Assembly (NCBI GenBank): GCA_963665295.1
Contig: OY762209.1
Location: 2,496,001 to 2,560,000, forward strand
Source of the DNA: Syntrophorhabdaceae bacterium
GTDB taxonomy: Bacteria; Desulfobacterota; Syntrophorhabdia; Syntrophorhabdales; Syntrophorhabdaceae
Direction of reading: 5' to 3'
Length of the DNA stretch: 64,000 nucleotides
Notes under the pieces: generated by a model
The model's database searches: none
Seen by the model: only the letters and a program-made list of their open reading frames with translations
What the model was told of the DNA's origin: nothing
Position numbers and translations under genes: made by a program
Part shown: positions 36,378 through 44,871 of the stretch, in pieces
Position numbering within the stretch: the first letter of the stretch is position 1
Layout: every line of letters starts with the position of its first letter

Positions 36378-36695
36378 TTAGTGTTTTGCGGCGAGCCATC
36401 CGCCCATGGGAGCGGAGGCGTCCTTGACGGCTCTCGCGTGAATCTCGCGGGACTCGCCCTTGAATTCAAGGCGGGCCTCGTGGGACGACACGGGGACGAA
36501 TCGTATTTCCAGGGGGGCGATGTAGAACGGTTCGCCCTCCGGCATCTTTTCGCTGATGGTCCTGGCAATCTGGGTACCCGCGATTTGCCGGCCCTGCTCG
36601 AACTTGGACAGGTAATCCGAGTCGTGGCCCACGGCGAACCCCGAGGCGAAGGCGGCGGGAATGATGAGAAGAAGAAGAAGTAGGCGCGTTTTCAT
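36378..36695 (-). CDS. Small protein with signal peptide or membrane anchor
   Basis: MKTRLLLLLLIIPAAFASG. Confidence 0.6.
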   Translation of the reverse strand: MKTRLLLLLLIIPAAFASGFAVGHDSDYLSKFEQGRQIAGTQIARTISEKMPEGEPFYIAPLEIRFVPVSSHEARLEFKGESREIHARAVKDASAPMGGWLAAKH

Positions 36696-36790
36696 GATTG
36701 CGGCCTCCCTGCCAGAAGGAGGAACAGGAAGAAGACTACAAAGGGTGCGAGCGCGAAAACTGCGGGTGCGACAATCTCAATCACTATCAT
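36692..36790 (-). CDS. 32-aa hydrophobic peptide
   Basis: MIVIEIVAPAVFALAPFVVFFLFLLLAGRPQS; ATGA-coupled at both ends, GGAGG RBS. Confidence 0.45.
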   Translation of the reverse strand: MIVIEIVAPAVFALAPFVVFFLFLLLAGRPQS

Positions 36791-37146
36791 CGTTTGCCTC
36801 CGGCGTTTCCGGCCCCTGGGCGGGGCTCGTATTTTTTCAGGTAGTCCTGAATTGCTTTAAAATTACCTCGCCGGGCCTCGATGATGGCATCAGTGTACCG
36901 GGCCGGGTCGTAAGGCTTGAGGCTAAGAGCGCCCTTGTCGCGGGCTCCGGAGCGCGGGCCGGGGACGGGAGAGGGACCGAAGAGAGCCCCGTAAATCTCC
37001 CGGACCATCATCTCGATGTTGGCGAGACGTAGACCGAGGTCTTCGCCTTTGGGCAAATGTCCGAGGGCGGCTGAAGGGGGGGCGCCGCCCTCGGGTGCGA
37101 GGTGAAGCGGTGCAACAACAGGTTGCGCGGAGGATTCTCCTTTCAT
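36787..37146 (-). CDS. Hypothetical protein
   Basis: TGATG-coupled to the CII-like gene. Confidence 0.55.
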   Translation of the reverse strand: MKGESSAQPVVAPLHLAPEGGAPPSAALGHLPKGEDLGLRLANIEMMVREIYGALFGPSPVPGPRSGARDKGALSLKPYDPARYTDAIIEARRGNFKAIQDYLKKYEPRPGAGNAGGKR

Positions 37147-37652
37147 CAGGCTACATCCTCCCTTCGTTTCTTTCGTGTGAAAAGGCTGAACTTACGGCGC
37201 GTGGCGTCCTTGGCCTTCTTCATGAAAGCCGAGACGCGCCTGATCAGGTGGTTCCCCTCTTCCTCGATCTTCGCTACGTGCCGGCGGGTGATCTCCCGCT
37301 CGGCGAGGGCCTCGGAGGCCACGGTTGTCAGGTGGCCCATCTCGCGGATGGTCGCCACGAGTTCGAGGGAAAGGTCGTCGATAGTTTCGGCTTCGTCGGG
37401 GGGAGCATTCACCCCGAACCTGACATTGAGATAATAGATCGGGGAGAGGGCCGCGTCCCGATCGATACCAAGATCGAGAGCGGTCTGAATAATTGTCTCG
37501 ATCCGGTCAAGCGGGTTATACGCGCCGCTATCACTGGGATCAGCGGAGGGCTCCTGCCATTTGTTAAGCAGGCCCGTGGAAAGACCCAAACGACGGGCAT
37601 GTTCCACTGTTTTTCCCGCGATCGACCGTTTCAGGGACTCATAAGATTGCAT
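37146..37652 (-). CDS. Phage regulatory CII-family protein
   Basis: N-terminal HTH, KWQEP...NPLDRIE, GHLT...ITRRH...IEEE; first gene of the lytic operon. Confidence 0.65.
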   Translation of the reverse strand: MQSYESLKRSIAGKTVEHARRLGLSTGLLNKWQEPSADPSDSGAYNPLDRIETIIQTALDLGIDRDAALSPIYYLNVRFGVNAPPDEAETIDDLSLELVATIREMGHLTTVASEALAEREITRRHVAKIEEEGNHLIRRVSAFMKKAKDATRRKFSLFTRKKRREDVA

Positions 37653-37723
37653 TATAATCCCTCCCCGAATCTATAATTTTCATTGAAGCGAAGAAGAGTT
37701 AAATTCATATATGAAAAAAGGAA

Positions 37724-37751
37724 TTGACAAAAGTGCGGTAACGGGTAAAAA
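37724..37751 (+). promoter_or_regulatory. Rightward (lysogenic) promoter
   Basis: TTGACA-16-TAAAAT upstream of the repressor. Confidence 0.6.
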
Positions 37752-37891
37752 TTTAGGCCAGAGACATCGAGTTGTGAGCACGATGACCATAGGCGCTGTT
37801 TTTGCGTCGATGGGTGTCCCTGGCCTGTTTTTCGGAATAGGTTGGTTGATGCTGCGTTAGGACGGATATGGTTCATCGGGCTCACAAATAG

Positions 37892-37921
37892 ATAATATTG
37901 CATTAATGATAAATCTGTCAA
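37892..37921 (-). promoter_or_regulatory. Leftward (lytic) promoter
   Basis: TTGACA-18-TATTAT on minus strand. Confidence 0.55.
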
Positions 37922-37937
37922 CACTAATTTTGCGTTT

Positions 37938-38471
37938 ATGAAAAAAAAAGTTATTAACCAGAAATTCGGCGAGAAGCTGAAATCACTCAGAGGCAAAAAG
38001 AAACAATACCAGCTTGCTCCAACGGTGGGCTGTAGCGCGTCCCAGTGGGGAAGATATGAGCAGGGGGTGGTCCCGCCCTATGATATTCTGGTGAGGATCG
38101 CGAAACTATTTGGTGTGACCGTGGAGGAACTTATCGCGGAAGAAGGGGGACAGGGCGGGGACGTCTTATCCGACGGACCGAAGCACACGCAGCTGAGAAT
38201 ACGGCACACCCTGAACGAGAGGCTGGCGGAATATGTCACTCCTCGGGAAGGACCGATCGACGAGACCTTAACCTCCAGCGAGAAAGAAGCGGTGGCAATG
38301 GCCCTTTTCGTGCTACGCGGGACATGGGAGGGGGAATATGAAAAATCCCTGACCCAAAATATCAAGTCATTCTACCGGGCGGCCAAGAAGGAGGCCGAAG
38401 AGAAAGCCGTGAACGATTTGAAGATGGATAGACCCATTCACCGGTCGGGGGGCGGGAAGAAAGAGGGATGA
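37938..38471 (+). CDS. XRE-family repressor
   Basis: FGEKLKSLRG...QWGRYEQG..PPYDILVRIAKLFGVTVEELI; divergent from lytic genes; no S24 peptidase domain evident. Confidence 0.85.
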   Translation: MKKKVINQKFGEKLKSLRGKKKQYQLAPTVGCSASQWGRYEQGVVPPYDILVRIAKLFGVTVEELIAEEGGQGGDVLSDGPKHTQLRIRHTLNERLAEYVTPREGPIDETLTSSEKEAVAMALFVLRGTWEGEYEKSLTQNIKSFYRAAKKEAEEKAVNDLKMDRPIHRSGGGKKEG

Positions 38472-38710
38472 CGGTGATCGAGGGGGGCGGACGTGGTGAT
38501 GGAGAAGACGGGTACTGGGTGGAGATGCCGGACGGAGAAGTCGTGGCATACAAAAGGGCACGGCAATACCGGGATGCCTGCATCAATGATCTGTCTCTCG
38601 TGATAATGGAACCGCGACGGGTCTATGCGCTGAGCGACCTGCTGGAATGGATCACCCTGGAGGATAAACGGCGGGGTTGTGAAGGGGGAATGAGTGAAAG
38701 AAGTGAGTGA
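38468..38710 (+). CDS. Hypothetical protein
   Basis: ATGA-coupled to the repressor. Confidence 0.55.
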   Translation: MTVIEGGGRGDGEDGYWVEMPDGEVVAYKRARQYRDACINDLSLVIMEPRRVYALSDLLEWITLEDKRRGCEGGMSERSE

Positions 38711-39011
38711 TGATGAAGCGAAAAAAATCAAGGCGGGATGGGAAGAAAAGGATCAGGTCGATGCAGGGTCGGCAATCGCTGCCGCCAGAGCTGGATCCCG
38801 CACGACGGCGACGGTCAAACGAGGTCTTACCCTAGCCGTCACCGGAAGTATTTTGTGCCTCGTCGGCGCCGGAGAGTGTACTCAGGTATTTTCCTCCCGC
38901 GGCTCCGACGGTCTCGTGGGAAGCCTTTTTCTCGCAATTATCTTCCTCGGCATAGGCATACCGTTAACAGTAAAGGGTCTCGATCGCGTAATTACGCGGG
39001 ACCGGGGATGA
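38694..39011 (+). CDS. Two-TM membrane protein
   Basis: Two hydrophobic segments. Confidence 0.55.
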   Translation: MKEVSDDEAKKIKAGWEEKDQVDAGSAIAAARAGSRTTATVKRGLTLAVTGSILCLVGAGECTQVFSSRGSDGLVGSLFLAIIFLGIGIPLTVKGLDRVITRDRG

Positions 39012-39015
39012 GTCG

Positions 39016-39642
39016 ATGAAAACGCGATGGATCGCCGCACTCGCTCTCTTTGCCATTCTCCTTATTCACGGCTTGGCCGGGGCGGAGCGTACCGAGACCG
39101 CTGTCGTCATGCGCGTTACCGATGGGGACACACTCAGGGTGATGATCGGTGACAGGGCGGAGAGTGTCCGGCTCATCGGGATCGACACGCCGGAATCGCG
39201 ACTCAACCGCAAGGCGAAAAAGGACGCGGAAAGATCGGGAGAAGATATCGACGCCATCATCGCCATGGGCAAGCGGTCCACGGAGTTTGTAAAAACTCTC
39301 ATCCGGAAGGGGGATGAGGTAGACCTGGAGTTTGATGTCCAGACGCGCAACCATTACCACCGGTTGCTCGCCTACGTCTACCTCAAGGATGGGACCGGGA
39401 GGATGCTCAACGAGGAAATCGTGCGGGCAGGCTACGGGTCGCCGATGACCATCCCGCCGAACGTAAAATACCGGGACAGATTCGGCGAGGCGTACCGCGA
39501 GGCCCGAGAAGCGAGGCGTGGCTTGTGGTCGGACGCTAACGACCGTGCGTCTTGCGTAACACGCATAACCGAAGCGGGCAAGACCGCTTTTCTAGCCGTC
39601 GTCCCGGAGCCCCGCGGCCTGTGGTCTCTCGAGGAGGACTGA
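39016..39642 (+). CDS. Thermonuclease (SNase-like) with signal peptide
   Basis: VTDGDTL, VRLIGIDTPE, RLLAYVY, ARRGLWS. Confidence 0.92.
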   Translation: MKTRWIAALALFAILLIHGLAGAERTETAVVMRVTDGDTLRVMIGDRAESVRLIGIDTPESRLNRKAKKDAERSGEDIDAIIAMGKRSTEFVKTLIRKGDEVDLEFDVQTRNHYHRLLAYVYLKDGTGRMLNEEIVRAGYGSPMTIPPNVKYRDRFGEAYREAREARRGLWSDANDRASCVTRITEAGKTAFLAVVPEPRGLWSLEED

Positions 39643-39643
39643 C

Positions 39644-40834
39644 ATGTCGGTCAAATGGGACAAAAAACGGGAAAGGTTTATTTTGGACTATTACCCGAAA
39701 GGGGGCAAGGGTATACGAAAGAGGCTGACCCTTCCCGCCGTCGTGAGGGACCCTGCGGTTGCCGAGGCGATAGAATATGACCTCCGGCATCCATACGAAC
39801 ACTCCGAACTGCGCGCCGACAGCAAATCGACGGTGAATGACTTGTTTCCCGACTACCTGGTATATTATAAGGACCATCATTCTATCACCACCCACGACAA
39901 CATGCTCTGGACGTTCGGCAAGTATTTCGGTCCCATCCTCGGAGAAATACGGGCCACCGAATTAAACAAAGGGCACCTCTCGATGTACAAACGGATCAGG
40001 AAGGAGGGAAAGGTAAAGAACAGAACCGTGAATAAGGAAATGACCTATTTCATGGGGTTCGTCAATTGGTGCAGGAAAGAGCAGCAACTCCTCATGAACG
40101 ATTTCAAATATGAGCGCATGAAGGAAACAAAGCCGGAACACGTCATTCTCTCCATCGATGAAGCTATACGGTTCATCCTGTCCTCGGACCCCTACTACCG
40201 CGTATTTTTCCTCACCCTGTATTCTCTTGGACTGCGCTTTGCGGAGGCGACCGGGCTTAACTGGGAGGACCTTGACCCCGCGAATAAAAGGATTATCGCG
40301 AGAGGGAAGGGGGGCAAGGAAAGGGTGCTGCCCGTCTCGGACTGGCTTCTCTATGCTCTGAACTCAGCCAAGCCCAAGGACAAGAAGGCGGAAGGGTTGA
40401 TTTTCCGGAGCCGAATAACGGGAAGCAAGCTCGTCAACGTGCAAAAAGCCATTAACCGGGCCTGCAAAAGGGCCGGGATAGAAAAACATGTGCATCCTCA
40501 CCTTCTTCGGCACACGCTCGCCACCCATTTTATGGCCATGAAGATCAATATTAAAATCGTGCAGGAATGGCTCGGCCATTCCCGGGAGGATACGACTGCA
40601 AATATGTACATGCACGCGGAGATGGAACACCTGAGGACCGCCATGGATGCGCTGAATGTCCATCTCGATGAGCAATTCACCAAACAGACCTTCGATAAGC
40701 CGGAGACCCCGGTGAAGCGGAAATATACAGTATCAGAAAAGGTTCTGGAAGCCCGCCGCAAAGCGGCCCCTCTAGCAAGAGCGGCGAAATCAGCAAAAGT
40801 TACGTCTATTCCAACTGAAGGGAAAAAGGCCTAA
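39644..40834 (+). CDS. int: Prophage integrase (tyrosine recombinase)
   Basis: GLRFAE, GKGGK, HLLRH, LGHS...MY; adjacent to the tRNA fragment. Confidence 0.95.
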   Translation: MSVKWDKKRERFILDYYPKGGKGIRKRLTLPAVVRDPAVAEAIEYDLRHPYEHSELRADSKSTVNDLFPDYLVYYKDHHSITTHDNMLWTFGKYFGPILGEIRATELNKGHLSMYKRIRKEGKVKNRTVNKEMTYFMGFVNWCRKEQQLLMNDFKYERMKETKPEHVILSIDEAIRFILSSDPYYRVFFLTLYSLGLRFAEATGLNWEDLDPANKRIIARGKGGKERVLPVSDWLLYALNSAKPKDKKAEGLIFRSRITGSKLVNVQKAINRACKRAGIEKHVHPHLLRHTLATHFMAMKINIKIVQEWLGHSREDTTANMYMHAEMEHLRTAMDALNVHLDEQFTKQTFDKPETPVKRKYTVSEKVLEARRKAAPLARAAKSAKVTSIPTEGKKA

Positions 40835-40887
40835 TGTGACTGGTTCATCAGCCGTAAACACTTGTAAAATATAGCTCGGCTATAATA

Positions 40888-40932
40888 CTCCGAAGCCAAA
40901 GGTCGTGCGTTCAAATCGCACCGGGCGCGCCA
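40888..40932 (+). repeat. att site: 3' half of tRNA-Arg(CCG)
   Basis: CTCCGAA anticodon loop, GTGCG-TTCAAAT-CGCAC T-arm, CGGGCGC-G-CCA; no 5' half upstream. Confidence 0.85.
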
Positions 40933-41063
40933 TTAAAACAACAGCTTAGAACCGTTTTCACAAGCCCCGTAATTCTTCCTTGCTGTCCTGTAGCTACCCA
41001 ACCCGGTAAAAGACCTTTGTCAGGGCCACGAAATGTGAACAGACGAGCTCGGAATCCGGCCGC

Positions 41064-41092
41064 AAGGCCTTTGAGGCGGTAAAGGCCTTTTT
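41064..41092 (+). terminator. Intrinsic terminator hairpin
   Basis: AAGGCCTTT/AAAGGCCTT stem plus T-run. Confidence 0.65.
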
Positions 41093-41135
41093 GGGAAATT
41101 GTGCCTGCCATGGATTTTTGGTCTGCGGAGTCGGG

Positions 41136-41496
41136 TTAGAAACTGCAGCGCACCCCGGCAAAGAAGGTCCTTCCCGCCTGAGGGTACCCGTTCTGATACT
41201 GGTAGCTTCGGTTAAAGAGGTTGTTCACCCCGCCTTCGAGGATAAAGTTCTTCATTGCCTCATACATGACTTTTCCATTCGCGACGGCTGCGGGGCCCGA
41301 TTCGTTGACCCCGTCGCTCGTGGTGGTCCGGCTGGAGGTATATTCAAAGGTCCCGAGGACACTCAAGCCCGTGAGCGGTGTCCGGTATTTCATGTTCGCG
41401 AAGACCTTATGGGCCGGCACATCCGTGAGCCTGACATAGGCGCCTGAAGACCTGTCGTTGCACCTGTTGAGATAGGTGTAGTTGAGTCCGCGTCCA
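41136..41496 (-). pseudogene. 3' fragment of TonB-dependent receptor gene
   Basis: 41155-41491 appears identical to 62515-62851; only the last codons differ (GVRCSF vs GVRYSF). Confidence 0.9.
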
Positions 41497-41887
41497 TTGA
41501 CCTTGGATATGGAACGTGCCGAATGCCCCGATTTCCGGAAAATATTTCTGACGGGATGTATGGCATAAAATGCGATAACACCTCAAATAACGCACACATA
41601 GGACGCATTTTGGCATTATCCGGCACAAAAATACTTGACAGCGTTATCGCTAGCAATATACAACGCAGCTATCGGTGGCTCTTATTATATACAACGGGAA
41701 CATGTGACGACCCTAAAGTCCGACCGGAAGGTCCGGACGGTAGAGTTTCGCCGGTGCCTTGGCGACCTGTGAACCTGCAGTCTCATACATGGATTCCCCT
41801 GACGCGGGACCTACCGGAAGAGCGACCGGCGGTTCTCACCCATGAGGAGGAAGTTCGGGTGTCTCAAAAGGATAGAAGAGGAAAGGG

Positions 41888-44803
41888 ATGAGGAAGGAAT
41901 TGGAACACTGCCGAAGAAGACGCGTCACCATGGCCTTATGGTTTTTCACGACATGCCTTCTCATTGCATCAATCCCCGTACATGCAAAGACAAAAAACCT
42001 TCTTGAGTTCAACTCCGGAAGCCATGTCCTGGGCTTTTCCTCCGGGTCCATGTACATGGCCTCCGGCACCCATGTGCTGAGGGTAGAGTTCGTGGGTGGG
42101 AAGTCGGTAGCCCCCGTCTCCAAGGAGGGACTCTCCTCCGATGGGAAGGCCCCTCCCTTGAGCAAGGTAATCTATCCGAACATATGGGACGGAGTGGACA
42201 TCGTCTATGAAGGAGCCAAAGGCTCCATCGTGAAGTCTACCTATACGGTGGCTGCGGGCAAGGCCCCCGGTTCCATCCGCCTCCGCTACAACCGGCCCCT
42301 TACCCTGGATAAGAAGGGCAACCTCGTGGTCCGCTTCGAGACGGGGGAAATGACGGAAAGCAGGCCCGTCGCGTGGCAGGTCGTGGAGGGCAAAAAGAAA
42401 CCCGTCATGGTGGCGTACAACCTCCAATCGGATAAGGAAGTGGGGTTTACGGTAAAGGATTATGACACAAGCCTGCCGCTGGTGATAGACCCCTATTTTT
42501 CGTGGAATACCTTCCTCGGGGGAAGCGGCACCGATTACGGATACGCCATAGCCGTGGATTCCGGCGGGAACATCTATGTGGCGGGAGCGAGCAGCGCGAC
42601 GTGGGGGACGAGCCCTGTAAGGGCATACACCTCAAACTATGATGCCTTCGTGGCCAAGCTGACGGCCGACGGGGTACTCGTCTGGAACACTTTCGTTGGG
42701 GGAGACGGCGTTGATTATAGTCAGGCGGTAACGGTCGATTCCGCAGGTAACGTCTATGTAGCAGGCATCAGCACCGCCGCGTGGGGCGCCCCGGTGAGGG
42801 GCTACACATCAGGCTACGACGGTTTCGCCGCCAAGCTTACTCCTGACGGCGCCCTGGTGTGGAACACCTTCCTCGGGGGGAAGGGCAATGACTGGGGAAG
42901 CGGTATAGCCGTGGATTTGGCTGGAAATACCTACGTGACCGGATACGGCGACGGCGCATGGGGCTCGCCGATAAGGGGCTACGCAGGGGGGAATTACGAC
43001 GGTTTCGCCGCCAAACTTACTCCTGACGGCGCCCTGGTGTGGAACACCTTCCTCGGAAGCTATTTCGAGGACCACGGCACCGCCATAGCTGCGGATTCAG
43101 GCGGGAACGTGTATGTAGCCGGGCGCAGCGTCGGATCGTGGGGTACGCCGGTCAGGGACTACACAGCAGGCTATGACGCCTTCGTGGCGAAACTGACGGG
43201 CAACGGCGCCCTTATCTGGACCACCTTCCTTGGAGGTTACGACAGCGACTGGGGAAACGCGATAACCGTGGACTCGAACGATTACGTCTACGTAGCGGGA
43301 GACAGCTATGCAACATGGGGACTGCCTAAGAGGCCTTACAATGCCGACCTTGACGCCTTCGCCGCCAAACTTACTCCTGACGGCGCCCTCATCTGGAACA
43401 CCTTCCTGGGGGGGAAAGGGGCCGACCGCGGCAAGGGCATCGCCGTGGATTCGAGCGGCAATGCGCATGTGACGGGATACAGCACTGCCGCATGGGGCGC
43501 CCCGGTGCGGGGCTACGCATCCGACGACGACGCTTTTGTCGCTGAACTGGGCACCACCGATGGAATGCTTTTGTGGAGTGCCTTTCTCGGAGGAAGTGGG
43601 TCCGACCAGGGGTGGGGCGTCGCCGTAGATTCAAGCGGCGGGGTTTGTGTGGCCGGATACAGCACTGCCGCATGGGGCGCCCCGGTGAGGGGATACACAT
43701 CAGGCTACGACGCCTTTGTCGCCAGGTTCGGCTATTCAGGCACCTTTTCCCTTTCTGTGGCAACGGCCGGCACCGGGAGCGGCTCGGTTACCAGCAGTCC
43801 CTCCGGCATCGACTGCGGCTCCACATGCGTGGGTTCCTTCTCCCTGGGGTCGTCTGTCACCCTCACGGCCAACGCAAACACGGGCTCCACCTTCCGGGGC
43901 TTCACAGGCTGCGACTCTACCTCAAACAACACCTGTAAGGTGTTCTTAACCTCCGACAGGATCGTCACCGCGACGTTTACCACCACCGGGGCCTGTACCT
44001 ACACTATCTCTCCCGCGAGGGCGTCCTTTGCCTACAAAGGGGGCAGCGCCAACGTCACCGTTCAGGCCACGGGGACGAACTGCGCAAGCCCGTTCGTCTA
44101 CGTGAGCGATACGTGGATAGGGGCGAGCCTCACCTCATTCAAAAACAACAAGGGAACGGTAAAAGTAACCGCCCCGGCCAACAATTCCGTCACGGAGAGA
44201 AAAGGCGAGGTGACCATAGAGACGAATACCTTTACCATCACCCAGGTGGGATCCCCTTGTTCGCTTACTTCCATCTCTCCCACGAGCAAGACCTTCACCG
44301 CCTCGGGAGGATCACACTCGTTCGCCGTCACCGCCACCACAGGCTGCGGGTGGAGTGTATTATTAAATGCGGACTGGCTCACTCCCTTCACCGTTACCGG
44401 GACGGGAACGGACTCCGTCTCTTATGCCGCCCCGGTGAACACCACCGGAAAGCAGAGAAGCGGGAAGATCACTGTGTTCCTCACCGATACCCCAACAAAG
44501 AAGAAGGTGTTTACGGCCAAGCAATCCCCCTGTACCCTCACCATCTCCCCGACTGCCGACACCTTTATCTCTGAGGGGGGATCGGGTTTGCTTATTGTCA
44601 CCGCCCCCGAGGGTTGCCCGTGGAGTGTGTCGTCAAATGCGGACTGGCTCACCACCGGGACCGGCTCGGGGAGCGGAGAGGTTTTTGTCTCCTACACGGC
44701 CCTTAAGAACACTACGGGGAAGCAGAGGAGTGGGAAGATCACCGTATTCCTCACCGACACCCCTTCCAAGAAGAAGGCGTGTACGGTGACGGAGAAGAAA
44801 TAG
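41888..44803 (+). CDS. Secreted SBBP-repeat beta-propeller protein with InlB-B-like and BACON domains (copy 1)
   Basis: Signal peptide; seven WNTFLGG...IAVDS.GNVYVAG...DAFVAKL blades; SSPSGIDCGSTC; C.W...WLT...NTTG..RSG. Confidence 0.9.
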   Translation: MRKELEHCRRRRVTMALWFFTTCLLIASIPVHAKTKNLLEFNSGSHVLGFSSGSMYMASGTHVLRVEFVGGKSVAPVSKEGLSSDGKAPPLSKVIYPNIWDGVDIVYEGAKGSIVKSTYTVAAGKAPGSIRLRYNRPLTLDKKGNLVVRFETGEMTESRPVAWQVVEGKKKPVMVAYNLQSDKEVGFTVKDYDTSLPLVIDPYFSWNTFLGGSGTDYGYAIAVDSGGNIYVAGASSATWGTSPVRAYTSNYDAFVAKLTADGVLVWNTFVGGDGVDYSQAVTVDSAGNVYVAGISTAAWGAPVRGYTSGYDGFAAKLTPDGALVWNTFLGGKGNDWGSGIAVDLAGNTYVTGYGDGAWGSPIRGYAGGNYDGFAAKLTPDGALVWNTFLGSYFEDHGTAIAADSGGNVYVAGRSVGSWGTPVRDYTAGYDAFVAKLTGNGALIWTTFLGGYDSDWGNAITVDSNDYVYVAGDSYATWGLPKRPYNADLDAFAAKLTPDGALIWNTFLGGKGADRGKGIAVDSSGNAHVTGYSTAAWGAPVRGYASDDDAFVAELGTTDGMLLWSAFLGGSGSDQGWGVAVDSSGGVCVAGYSTAAWGAPVRGYTSGYDAFVARFGYSGTFSLSVATAGTGSGSVTSSPSGIDCGSTCVGSFSLGSSVTLTANANTGSTFRGFTGCDSTSNNTCKVFLTSDRIVTATFTTTGACTYTISPARASFAYKGGSANVTVQATGTNCASPFVYVSDTWIGASLTSFKNNKGTVKVTAPANNSVTERKGEVTIETNTFTITQVGSPCSLTSISPTSKTFTASGGSHSFAVTATTGCGWSVLLNADWLTPFTVTGTGTDSVSYAAPVNTTGKQRSGKITVFLTDTPTKKKVFTAKQSPCTLTISPTADTFISEGGSGLLIVTAPEGCPWSVSSNADWLTTGTGSGSGEVFVSYTALKNTTGKQRSGKITVFLTDTPSKKKACTVTEKK

Positions 44804-44871
44804 AAGAATCGGCCCCTCCCTCCATGAGAGGGGCACAGAGATAGATATCACTTTACACAAAGGAGCGAGAG

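Larger units (their letters stand above)
1..40932. mobile_element. Temperate prophage (right portion; left end outside window) integrated at tRNA-Arg(CCG)
   Basis: Contiguous head, terminase, replication, regulatory and integrase genes, ending at a 3' tRNA fragment just downstream of the integrase. Confidence 0.95.

Noticed and set aside
536..37676. Long plus-strand ORFs overlapping phage genes (e.g. 536-1678, 5577-7061, 24284-25849)
   Set aside because: Antisense shadows of GC-rich coding genes with no recognisable motifs
18743..37741. Shared 13-mer AAAAGTGCGGTAA at 18743-18755 (minus) and 37729-37741 as an operator
   Set aside because: Not palindromic, and 13-bp matches are expected by chance in 40 kb
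40860..40932. Complete tRNA-Arg gene
   Set aside because: No 5' acceptor strand or anticodon-stem 5' strand; only the 3' half is present
41735..41820. Lysine, fluoride or c-di-GMP riboswitch
   Set aside because: Only fragmentary similarity; length and conserved cores do not fit
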